From assembly GCA_036785375.1 (NCBI GenBank), contig JAWMAR010000541.1:6956-64000 (forward strand): DNA of 57,045 bases, read 5' to 3'. This stretch comes from Leucoraja ocellata (lineage: Eukaryota). The notes below the pieces were generated by a model. It was given only the letters and a program-made list of their open reading frames with translations. It ran no database searches and was not told the origin of the DNA. Each line of letters starts with the position of its first letter. Within the stretch, counting starts at the first letter, position 1. Positions 37,665 through 48,338 of this stretch are shown here, piece by piece. The translations under genes were made by a program, and so were the position numbers.

Positions 37665-38185
37665 ACACTGGCCCCGCCCACACACTGGCCCCGCCCACAC
37701 ACCGGTCCCGCCCACATGACGACACTGGCCCCGCCCACATGACGACACCGGTCCCGCCCACATGGCGACACTGGCCCCGCCCACACACTGGCCCCGCCCA
37801 CAGGACCCGTCACACCGGCCCCGCCCACACACTGGCCCCGCCCACACACTGGCCCCGCCCACACACTGGCCCCGCCCACACACTGGCCCGGCACCGGCCC
37901 CGCTCACACACTGGCCACGCCCACAGGCCCGACACACTGGCCCCGCCCACATACAGGCCCCGCCCACACACCGGCCCCGCCCACAGCCCCGACACACTGG
38001 CCCCGCCCATACAGGCCCCGCCCACACAGGGACCCGCCCACGTGTACGACACACTGGCCCCGTCCCTCTAGTAGCCCCGCCCCTAGTCACGCCCACATGA
38101 TCTGGCCCCGCCTCTCCACAGTCCCGTCACACGTCCCTGGTTCCCGCCCACTGACCCCGCCCCGGCCCAAGGCCCCGCCCCCATT
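37665..38185. repeat. GC-box minisatellite (unit about ACACACTGGCCCCGCCC) in the HSD17B8 promoter CpG island
   Basis: More than 20 visible CCCGCCC/GGGCGGG copies starting about 20 bp upstream of the ATG. Confidence 0.9.
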
Positions 38186-38212
38186 CCATGCACCCGCCCC
38201 CGTTAAAGAGTT

Positions 38213-38378
38213 ACACAAAAAAGCTGGAGAAACTCAGCGGGTGCAGCAGCATCTATGGAGCGAAGGAAATAGGCGACGTTTCGTGCCGAAACCCTCATAG
38301 ATGCTGCTGCACCCGCTGAGTTTCTCCAGCTTATTTGTGTAACCTTCGATTCTCCAGCATCTGCAGTTCCCTCTTAAA
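38213..38378. mobile_element. inverted Penelope-derived insert upstream of the HSD17B8 promoter (hammerhead truncated)
   Basis: 15-bp TSD CCCCGTTAAAGAGTT at 38198-38212 and 38379-38393. Confidence 0.8.
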
Positions 38379-38527
38379 CCCCGTTAAAGAGTTGTTGGTG
38401 AGATGTGTGATTTGTGGTGTGGTGTGGATGCACTTTATTACTGTGATCTGTGTTGTTATTAGTGTTAATGTGACTAAAGCAGCGTAGCATCATGTACCGA
38501 ACCCACATACCACCAACCCTGGTCCTG

Positions 38528-38708
38528 NNNNNNNNNNNNNNNNNNNNNNNNNNNNNNNNNNNNNNNNNNNNNNNNNNNNNNNNNNNNNNNNNNNNNNNNN
38601 NNNNNNNNNNNNNNNNNNNNNNNNNNNNNNNNNNNNNNNNNNNNNNNNNNNNNNNNNNNNNNNNNNNNNNNNNNNNNNNNNNNNNNNNNNNNNNNNNNNN
38701 NNNNNNNN
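38528..38708. other. assembly gap
   Basis: N run. Confidence 1.
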
Positions 38709-39095
38709 TGACTAAAGAAGTTCCTCCTCACCACCTTTAATTCTGAGGCTGTGATGTCTGATCCCAGACTCTCCCACTAGTACAAACATCCTTACCACAT
38801 CCACTCTACCTATGCCTTCCCTGTGACCTTTGCTCCATGGTGGCACCGGCTGACGTGGACTGACATTAGTTTAGTTTAGTTTATTGTCACATGTACCAAG
38901 GTACAGTGAAAAGCGTTTTTTACACTCTATCCAATCAGCGGAAAGATTATACATGATTACAATCGAGCCGTCCACAGTGTACAGACATATGTTAAAGGGA
39001 ATAACGTTTAGTGCAAGGTAGAACAAGTAAAGCCCGAAAAAAAGATAGACCAAGGATCTCCAGTTCAGGACCACGCTCTAGCTGTTGGTGGGATA

Positions 39096-40060
39096 CATAG
39101 AAACATAGAAAATAGATGCAGGAGGAGGCCATTCGGCCCTTCGAGCCAGCACCGCCATTCATTGTGATCATGGCTGATCGACCCCTATCAATAACCCGTG
39201 CCTGCCTTCTCCCCATATCCCTTGACTCCACTAGCCCCTAGAGCTCTATCTAACTATCTCCTAAATCCATCAAGTGATTTAGCCACAGCCCTCTGTGGCA
39301 GGAAATTCCATAAATTCACAACTCTCTGGGTGAAAAGGTTTTTCTCACCTCAGTCTTAAATGACCTCCCCTTTATTCCAAGGTTGTGGCCCCTAGGTTCT
39401 GGACTCACCCAACATTGGGAACATTTTTCCTGCATGCAGTCCTTTTATAATTATATATGTCTCTATACGAACCCCCTCATTCTTCTAAACTCCAGTGAAT
39501 ACAAGCCTAGTCTTTTCAATCTTTCTTCATGACAGTCCCACCATCCCAGGGATCAATCTCGTGAACCTACTCTGCACTGCTTCAATCACAAGGATGTCCT
39601 TACTCAAATTAGGAGACCAAAACTGCACACAATACTCCAGATGTGGTCTCACCAGAGCCCTATACAACTGCAGAAAAACCTCTTTACTCCTATACTGAAA
39701 TCCTCTTGTTATGAAGACCAACATTCCATTAACTTTTCTTCACTGCCTGCTGTACCTGCACGCCAACTTTCAGTCATCGGTGTACAAGGACACCCAGGTC
39801 TCGCTGCACCTCCCCCTTACCTAACCTAACCCCATTGAGTTAATAATCTGCCCCCTTGTTTTTGCCGCCAGAGTGGATAACCTCACATTTATCTATATTA
39901 TACTGCATCTGCCATGCATCTGCCCAGTCACTCAACCTGGCCAGGTCACCCTGCAACCTCCTAACATCCTCTTCACAGTTCACATTGCCACCCAGCTTTG
40001 TGTCATCTGCAAATTTGCTAGTGTTGCTCCTAATTCCCTCTTCCAAGTCATTAATATATA
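39096..40060 (-). mobile_element. CR1-B-related
   Basis: SKFADDTKLGG RT motif. Confidence 0.88.
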
Positions 40061-40075
40061 TGGATGGTTCAGTTG

Positions 40076-40166
40076 AAGAAGGGTTTCGGCCCGAAACGTT
40101 GCCTATTTCCTTCGCTCCATAGATGCTGCTGCATCCGCTGAGTTTCTCCAGCTTTTTTGTGTACCT
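40076..40166 (+). mobile_element. Penelope-derived insert
   Basis: 15-bp TSD TGGATGGTTCAGTTG at 40061-40075 and 40167-40181. Confidence 0.8.
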
Positions 40167-40675
40167 TGGATGGTTCAGTTGCCTGGTATCAGCTAGGAAG
40201 GAACTGTCCCTGGATTTGATGGTGTGCGTATTCACACTTCTGTTCCTCTTGCCTCATGGGAGAGGGGAGAAGAGGGGTGACCAGGGTGTGACTGGTCCTT
40301 GATAATGCTGCTGGCCTTGCCGAGGCAGCGTGAGGTGTAGACGGAGTCAACGAAAGGGAGGTTGGTTTGTTCGACAGTCTGGGCTGCGTCCACAGTTCTA
40401 CAATTTCTTGCGGTCGTGGATGGAGCTGCTCCCAAACTGTGCCGTGATGCATCCCGATAAAATGCTTCTGAAGAAGTTGATGAGAGGCGTTGGGGACATG
40501 CCGAACTTCCGAAGCCTTGGCCATAGCTTCCACGTGTTTGAGGATGTTCACAGTTGTGATTCAATTGTGCTGCTGCAATTAAGAATCTAATTTTTCTATC
40601 TGGGACAAAGGACAATAAAACACTCTTGATACTTGACTCTTGACTTAACCCTTGACACTTAAATCTTTACAATTA

Positions 40676-41662
40676 AGATTCAGATTCAGATTCAGATTCA
40701 ATTTTAATTGTCATTGTCAGTGTACAGTACAGCGACAACGAAATGCATTTAGCATCTCCCTGGAAGAGCGACATAGCAAATGATTTGAATAAATAATAAT
40801 AAGTGTCCGAGGGGGGGGTGGTGATTGGCAGTCGCCGAGGTACGTTGTTGAGTAGAGTGACAGCCGCCGGAAAGAAGCTGTTCCTCGACCTGCTGGTTCG
40901 GCAACGGAGAGACCTGTAGCGCCTCCCGGATGGTAGGAGGGTAAACAGTCCATGGTTGGGGTGAGAGCAGTCCTTGGCGATGCTGAGCGCCCTCCGCAGA
41001 CAGCGCTTGCTTTGGACAGACTCAATGGAGGGGAGCGAGGAACCGGTGATGCGTTGGGCAATTTTCACCACCCTCTGCAATGCCTTCCGGTCGGAGACAG
41101 AGCAGTTGCCATACCATACTGTGATGCAGTTGGTAAGGATGCTCTCGATGGTGCAGCGGTAGAAGTTCACCAGGATCTGAGGAGACAGATGGACCTTCTT
41201 CAGTCTCCTCAGGAAGAAGAGACGCTGGTGAGCCTTCTTGATCAGAGTAGAGGTATTGTGGGTCCAAGAGAGGTCATCGGAGATGTTGACTCCCAGGAAC
41301 CTGAAGCTAGAAACACGTTCCACCTCCGTCCCGTTAATGTGGATGGGGGTGTGCGTGCCGCCTCTGGACTTCCTGAAGTCTACAATGAGCTCCTTGGTCT
41401 TCTTGGAGTTAAGGGCCAGGTTGTTGTCAGCGCACCGTGCTGCTAAGTGCTGGACCTCCTCCCTGTAGGCCAGCTCATCGTTGTTGCTGATGAGGCCAAT
41501 CACCGTTGTATCATCTGCATACTTGATGATGGTGTTAGTACCATGTACAGGTGTGCAGTCATAGGTGAAGAGGGAGTAGAGGAGGGGGCTCAGCACACAG
41601 CCCTGAGGAACGCCGGTGTTCAGGGTGAGGGTTGAAGAGGTGTGCTTGTCTAACCTCACAGA
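40676..41662 (-). mobile_element. Rex1/Babar LINE (second family) RT fragment with open frame
   Basis: GVPQGCVLSPLL and YADD RT motifs, KTKELIVDFRK; (TGAATC)n tail. Confidence 0.9.
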
Positions 41663-41735
41663 CTGGGGAATTAACTCTTGACTCCTGTGACATGACCCTT
41701 GACGTGTCTGTTCTGAGTCGATGTGCTGGTGATAT

Positions 41736-42653
41736 TTACACCCCTGGCCCTGCATCTTCCTGGGTGGGGAGCCAGTGACGGTGGGGAGGGGTCAGACGCC
41801 ACCATGCACAGGCGGCAGTGGTGAGAGCCAGCACTGGGATCTCAGGGTTCCCCAGCAGCAAGCACCAGGTGGCGGTGAATCCCAGCAGGGCGACGGTGTA
41901 TCCCAGCAGGGCAGCTGTGGGCCAGGGCTGGGAGTAGGGGCGTTGGAGAGCCAGGGCAAGGGTGAGGGTGCCGGGAGCAGCCCACAGGAGGCCGGATGGG
42001 GCAGCCGGCAGGAGGCACAGCCCGACATAGCCCTGGGCCCCACAGCACCATCGCCACAGCCCCGCGGCCCTGCAGAGGCCCAGCAGAGAGCAGCAAGAGC
42101 CGGCGACTCCCAGCACAGCACAGCACACCCACCAGACCCACACGTCCGTGTCCGACAGCCACAGCAGGCTGAGAAAACCCCCCCAGCTCAGCGCCAGCAG
42201 AAGTGGATGGGCTGGACCTCTCCACACCACGGCCACACAGGCAGCGACCACACACATCCCAGCAGGCCCAGCACAGGCCAGCAGGAGGCAGGAGAGCCCC
42301 ACAAAGCCCAGCGCCCCGCAGGAATCCCAGCAGGCCCGGGCCAGGCGGGTGTGCCCCAGCAGAGACCAGCAGAGGCCACCGGATCCCAGCAAGGCACAGC
42401 AGACCAGGTAGAGCTCGGCACTGCCCGGAGAGGCCGCGGGAAGAGCCAGGAGCAGCGCCAGGCCCAGCCATTCCCAACGCCGGCTCTCCCGGCCACCTCC
42501 TCCAGGTGCGCCCACCTTGAGGGGCCGCTGCAGAGGGTCCACCCTCAGCCCAGGGTCCGCATGAGGGAGGGGTACATGGGCAAGCTGAACACTGGAGGCA
42601 CAGACATGGGACATCCCACCACAAGCATAGAGGGCCTTTAGCTGTCCCTCCAA
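41736..42653 (-). CDS. uncharacterised multi-pass membrane protein, probably a large terminal exon; true 5' boundary uncertain
   Basis: 305-codon open frame in GC-rich non-repetitive DNA with many Leu/Cys/Trp/Gly-rich hydrophobic segments and a 92-aa internal repeat. The listed start is TTG; a plausible acceptor (gtgcctccag) lies near 42592. Confidence 0.7.
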   Translation of the reverse strand: MEGQLKALYACGGMSHVCASSVQLAHVPLPHADPGLRVDPLQRPLKVGAPGGGGRESRRWEWLGLALLLALPAASPGSAELYLVCCALLGSGGLCWSLLGHTRLARACWDSCGALGFVGLSCLLLACAGPAGMCVVAACVAVVWRGPAHPLLLALSWGGFLSLLWLSDTDVWVWWVCCAVLGVAGSCCSLLGLCRAAGLWRWCCGAQGYVGLCLLPAAPSGLLWAAPGTLTLALALQRPYSQPWPTAALLGYTVALLGFTATWCLLLGNPEIPVLALTTAACAWWRLTPPHRHWLPTQEDAGPGV

Positions 42654-42907
42654 CCCAACCCAGCTACAGTAGCCCTGGGCAATGTTGCCAAGCTGGAAAA
42701 GGCACGGAGAAGATTTACAAGGATGTTGCCAGGAGGACAGGTGTGAGCTACAGGGAGAGGTTGCGTTGGCTGGGACTCTATTCCCTGGAGCGCAGGAGGG
42801 TGAGGGGTGATCTGAGAGAGGTGTACTAAATCATGAGAGGAATAGTTGCATAAAGTGTCTTGCCCAGAGCAGGGGAATCGAGGACCAGAGGACATAGGTT
42901 TATGGTG

Positions 42908-43003
42908 GTTACACAAAAAAGCTGGAGAAACTCAGCGGGTGCAGCAGCATCTATGGAGCGAAGGAAATAGGCAACGTTTTGGGCCGAAACCCTTCTTCAG
43001 ACT
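42908..43003 (-). mobile_element. Penelope-derived insert in an old CR1 (core has GAAA->AAAA)
   Basis: Same family sequence as 3448-3581. Confidence 0.75.
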
Positions 43004-43220
43004 GGGTTTAAGGTGAAAGGGATAAGATTCAATAGCAACCTGTTTCCATGCTGTATCACTCTATAACTCTCTGGCTGTGTCTGTACTGGTCCAGGTGGAG
43101 TTGGTGGGGTGAGGAGGTGGGGACAGTGTGGTGGTCTCAGTTGCTGGGGGTGGGGGGGAGAAGATGGGGCGATATCCCCCTCTTCCTGCCGAGCCACTCT
43201 CTCACCCACCCCGGGCCCAC

Positions 43221-43314
43221 CTTCACTATCCAGGAGGTTCTGTGGATCTCTGGGTATCTGGTGACCCCGGGTGGAGTGGGCAGGGGTCGGGGTTCAGCAG
43301 CTGCCGCTCGGAGC
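43221..43314 (-). other. candidate upstream exon of the membrane-protein gene
   Basis: Unique GC-rich 94-nt segment bounded by ttgtgttacag| and |gtgggc. Frame compatibility with the ORF is not established and may need indel correction. Confidence 0.4.
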
Positions 43315-43427
43315 CTGTAACACAACAGGAAACGTGTGAAAACACCGACCATCCCTCTGAATCATAGACTCACCCTGAACCGAGACAGGCCCTTCGGCCC
43401 AACACCTCCATGCTGTCCAACATACCC

Positions 43428-44164
43428 CAATTGAAGAATACAGTTGAACAGAGGGATCTGGGTATAACCGTGCATAGTTCCTTGAAGGTGGAATCTCATG
43501 TAGAAAGGGTGGTAAAGAAAGCTTTTGGTATGCTAGCCTTTCTAAATCAGAGCATTGAGTATAGAAGCTGGGATGTAATGTTAAAATTGTACAAGGCATT
43601 GGTGAGACCAAATCTAGAGTATGGTGTACAATTTTGGTCGCCCAATTATAGGAAGGATAGAGAGAGTACAGAGGAGATTTACTAGAATGTTGCCTGGGTT
43701 TCAACAACTAAGTTACAGAGATAGGTTGAATAAGTTAGGTCTTTATTCTCTGGAGCGCAGAAGGTTAAGGGGGGACTTGATAGAGGTCTTTAAAATGATG
43801 AGAGGGATAGACAGAGTTGACGTGGAAAAGCTTTTCCCACTGAGAGTAGGGAAGATTCAAACAAGGGGACATGACTTGAGAATTAAGGGACTGAAGTTTA
43901 GGGGTAATATGAGGGGGAACTTCTTTACTCAGAGAGTGGTAGCGGTGTGGAATGAGCTTCCAGTGAAAGTGGTGGAGGCAGGTTCGTTTTTATCATTTAA
44001 AAATGAATTGGATAGTTATATGGACGGGAAGGGAATGGAGGGTTATGGTCTGAGCGCAGGTATATGGGACTAGGGGAGAATATGTGTTCGGCACGGACTA
44101 GAAGGGTCGAGATGGCCTGTTTCCGTGCTGTAATTGTTATATGGTTATATTATATGGTTATATC
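43428..44164 (+). mobile_element. CR1-A
   Basis: ORFs 43410-43685 and 43621-44073. Confidence 0.9.
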
Positions 44165-44512
44165 TAAGCTAGTCCCAGTGCGGTAGAGAGGGAGTGGACT
44201 GGGCGTGGGGGAACCAATGTGGGGGGGGGGGGGGGGAGAGAACAAAGGTGGATGTGGCACGGAGGTACTTTGTGACTATCGGCACCCCTTATGTGGCCAC
44301 TATTTACATATCTTGTGTCGGCAAGCAACGAACTTCACTGTTACTTGCCACATGTGCTTAATGTGTCAATATGTACTTAATCTATGAACCAATGTTGTAG
44401 AACGTTAATACCTCCACCAATGTAAAGCACTTTGGCCAACGAGAGTTGTATTTAAATGTGTTATAGAAATAAAAGTGACTTGACTTAACTTGACTGACAT
44501 ATGACGATGAAG

Positions 44513-44670
44513 TATTCAATCATTCCTTCATTCATACCTTCATTCATTAATTCAATCATACATTCATTCATTCATCCATCCATACATTCATGCATTCAAT
44601 CATTCAAGCATTCATTCATTCATTCATTCATTCATACATACATTCATCCATTCATTCATTCATTATTCAG
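44513..44670. repeat. (CATT)n microsatellite
   Basis: Visible imperfect tetranucleotide repeat. Confidence 0.9.
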
Positions 44671-45219
44671 TCATGCATGGAGCCGCTGCCTAACAGCGAC
44701 CACTGCCTACTCCACTTGGGGGCGCCAGAGGTAGGGGTTCCATCCTGACCTCGGTGCTGTCTGCATGTGCGGAGTTTGCCCGTTCTCCCTGTGACCGTGT
44801 AGGTCTCTTCCAGGTGCTCCGATGTCCTCCCACATCCCAAAGACGTGCGGGTTTGTGAGTTCACTGGCCTAGTGTGTAGTGAGTGGATGAGAACGTGGGA
44901 TAGCGGAGACCTAGTGTGAACGGGTGATGGCTGGTTAGTATGGTTTTTTGGGCTGAAGGGACTGTTTCTGTGCTGTACCTTTGCTCAATTAATCAACGTT
45001 CACCCCTCAGCCTCCTATGCTCCAAAGGAAAAAAGTCCCATCTTATGAACCTCTCCCTATGTGAAGCCCTCAAGCCCAGGTAACACTGTTAGTGCCCATT
45101 CCAACTCATTGTCCAATGTTGGAGGAGAGAGGGATGGAGTGGGGTTATTGGTGTTCAGGACCAAAAGCATCAATACCCTGCCATTCATTCTCTCAGATAG
45201 ACACACAATGCTGGAGTAA

Positions 45220-46661
45220 CTCTGGGGTGCCTCAGGGATCTGTGTTGGGTCCTTTGTTGTTTGTCATGTACATCAATGATCTGGATGAAGGTGTGGTAAA
45301 TTGGATTAGTAAGTATGCAGATGATACCAAGATAGGGGGGGTGCTGTGGATAATGAAGAGGATTTCCAAAGTCTACAGAATGATTTAGGCTGATAAATGT
45401 GAGGTGCTACCATCTTGGCAGGACAAATCAAAATAGGACGTACATGGTAAATGGTAGGGAATTGAAGAATACAGTTGAACAGAGGGATCTGGGTATAACC
45501 GTGCATAAGAAACATAGAAACATAGAAATTAGGTGCAGGAGTAGAGGCCATTCGGGCCGTTCGAGCCTGCACCGCCATTCAATATGATCATGGCTGATCA
45601 TCCAACTCAGTATCCCCGTACCTGCCTTCTCTCCATACCCCCTGATCCCCTTAGCCACAAGGGCCACATCTAACTCCCTCTTAAATATAGCCAATGAACT
45701 GGCCTCAACTACCCTCTGTGGCAGAGAGTTCCAGAGATTCACTACTCTCTGTGTGAAAAAAGTTCTCCTCATCTCGGTTTTAAAGGATTTACCCCTTATC
45801 CTTAAGCTGTGACCCCTTGTCCTGGACTTCCCTAACATCGGGAACAATCTTCCTGCATCTAGCCTGTCCAACCCCTTAAGAATTGTGTAAGTTTCTATAA
45901 GATCCCCTCTCAATCTCCTAAATTCTAGAGAGTATAAACCAAGTCTATCCAGTCTTTCTTCATAAGACAGTCCTGACATCCCAGGAATCAGTCTGGTGAA
46001 CCGTCTCTGCACTCCCTCTATAGCAATAATGTCCTTCTTCAGATTTGGAGACCAAAACTGTACGCAATACTCCAGGTGTGGTCTCACCAAGACCCTGTAC
46101 AACTGCAGTAGAGCCTCCCTGCACCCATACTCAAATCCTTTTGCAATGAAAGCTAACATAGCATTCGCTTTCTTTACTGCCTGCTGCACCTGCATGCCTA
46201 CCTTCAATGACTGGTGTACCATGACACCCAGGTCTCGCTGCATCTCCCCCTTTCCCAATCGGCCACCATTTAGATAATAGTCTGCTTTCCCATTTTTGCC
46301 ACCAAAATGGATAACCTCACATTTATCCACATTATACTGCATCTGCCAAACATTTGCCCACTCACCCAGCCTATCCAAGTCACCTTGCAGTCTCCTAGCA
46401 TCCTCCTCACAGCTAACACTGCCCCCCAGCTTAGTGTCATCCGCAAACTTGGAGATATTGCCTTCAATTCCCTCATCCAGATCATTAATATATATTGTAA
46501 ATAGCTGGGGTCCCAGCACTGAGCCTTGCGGTACCCCACTAGTCACTGCCTGCCATTGTGAAAAGGACCCGTTTACTCCTACTCTTTGCTTCCTGTTTGC
46601 CAGCCAGTTCTCTATCCACATCAATACTGAACCCCCAATGCCGTGTGCTTTAAGTTTGTAT
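45220..46661. mobile_element. CR1-A fragment (+) abutting a long CR1-B (- 45508-46661)
   Basis: [10 protein letters not shown] and FADD/YADD RT motifs. Confidence 0.92.
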
Positions 46662-47404
46662 ATTTAACCATGAATAAACAACATACCTCTGTTCCAAAAC
46701 TCCCTTCACAAACAGAAAGGCATCTTAATTAGTGTGAAGAAGGGTCTCGACCCGAAACGTCACCCATCCCTTCTCTCCAGAGATGCTGCCTGTCCCGCTG
46801 AGTTACTCCAGCTTTGTGTGTCTATGTTTGGTTTTAAACCAGCATCTGCAGTGTTCCTACCTATACAGGGCATATTAATCACATCACCACTGAACTGTCT
46901 AGACATATCTAGATGCTCCCTCCATCTGATTGCACAATGGTGTTGCAACTATATTCTAGCACGAACGTTAAATGCTTGTCAAAATATCATGTACATACCA
47001 ATAATTACAGGAGTTATTATTACAGGGAAAATCATCTGTTTTAATAATTCCTCCTCCCTCCAGCCCTAATTGATCCGCGGTCCCAGTGCATTTGACAATG
47101 AAATACTTGTCTGTCCATTCTCTCCACAGATGCTGCCTGGCTCGCCAAGTTCCTCCAGCACTTTGTATATTGCCTAGGATTTCAGCATCTGCAGTTCCCT
47201 GTGTCTCCATTTGGGGATTTTATTTAAGTCCCATTTGATTTCTCGGGCGTGTGGAATGTAATCTTGTGGTTTTATTTGTGAGGACTCGTCTCACTGTGGG
47301 TTGGGGTGGGACCAGGGCGTGATGTAAACTCACAGACATGCCCAAAGGGGTAGTGAGTCAGTGAAACACTGGCAGCTTGCTTTGTCAGCAATGGTTATTG
47401 ATGC

Positions 47405-48150
47405 CTCTGTGTGTGTGTGTGTGTGTGTGTGTTCATGTCTGTGTGTGAATGCGGGCCAGTTACTAGTGTCTGTGTGTGTGTGTGTGCATGCGCGCCAGTT
47501 ACTGAGGTGAGTGTGTTTGTGTCTGTCAGTGAGAGTGTTTGTGTGTGTGGTTTTGGTTGTGGGTGAGTGTGTGTGAGTGTGCGCATTTGCGTGTGAGAGA
47601 GATTGTGTGAGTGTGTGTTTGTGTGTGAGAGGGAGTGTGTGTGTGGTAGCTNNNNNNNNNNNNNNNNNNNNNNNNNNNNNNNNNNNNNNNNNNNNNNNNN
47701 NNNNNNNNNNNNNNNNNNNNNNNNNNNNNNNNNNNNNNNNNNNNNNNNNNNNNNNNNNNNNNNNNNNNNNNNNNNNNNNNNNNNNNNNNNNNNNNNNNNN
47801 NNNNNNNNNNNNNNNNNNNNNNNNNNNNNNNNNNNNNNNNNNNNNNNNNNNNNNNNNNNNNNNTGTGTAAGTGTGTGTTTGTGTGTGAGAGGAGTGTGTG
47901 TGTGGTAGCTACTGGTCTGTGTGTCTGTGTGTGTGTGTGTGTGTGAGTGTGCGTGAGTGTGTGTGTGTGTGCGGTAGCTACTGGTCTGTGTGTGATAGAA
48001 AGAGTGTGAGAGAAGGTGTGTGTGTGTGTGTGTAAGAAGAGTGAGTGTTTGTGTATGTACGCCCGTGACTGTGTGTGTGTGGGAGGGAGTGTCGTGGCGC
48101 GTGTGTGTGTGTTTGTGAGTCTGCGTGTGTGTGAGTGTGAGTGTGAGTGT
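47405..48150. repeat. GT-rich simple repeats flanking an assembly gap
   Basis: (TG)n tracts; near-identical sequence on both sides of the N run. Confidence 0.85.
47652..47863. other. assembly gap
   Basis: N run. Confidence 1.
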
Positions 48151-48338
48151 TAGTCACTGCCCCATTGTGAACGGTGAGTGTGTGGGGTGGGCAGGCGTGG
48201 CGCTGGTGACGGGGTCGAAGAGTCTCAGGGCTACAACGGGTCTCAGGATGGAACGCAGTGGGTTTTCCCAGCGATGTTCCTGGTGAGTCTCCATGTCTAT
48301 ACCCTACCCCCAATACCATGTGCTCTAATTTTCCCCAC

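Noticed and set aside
36458-38100. Pro-rich and WAGPV-repeat ORFs
   Set aside because: They come from a low-complexity intron and the GC-box VNTR.
41775-42641. 288-aa plus-strand ORF overlapping the membrane ORF
   Set aside because: It is probably the antisense shadow of GC-rich CTG-biased coding sequence; the Gln/Ser/Pro-rich product has no motif.
44713-44728. CTCF-like motif CCACTTGGGGGCGCCA inside a SINE
   Set aside because: It is a single imperfect match with no supporting evidence.
45428-46624. 398-aa reverse transcriptase ORF as a host or domesticated gene
   Set aside because: It is a 5'-truncated CR1 ORF2, near-identical to many neighbouring copies.
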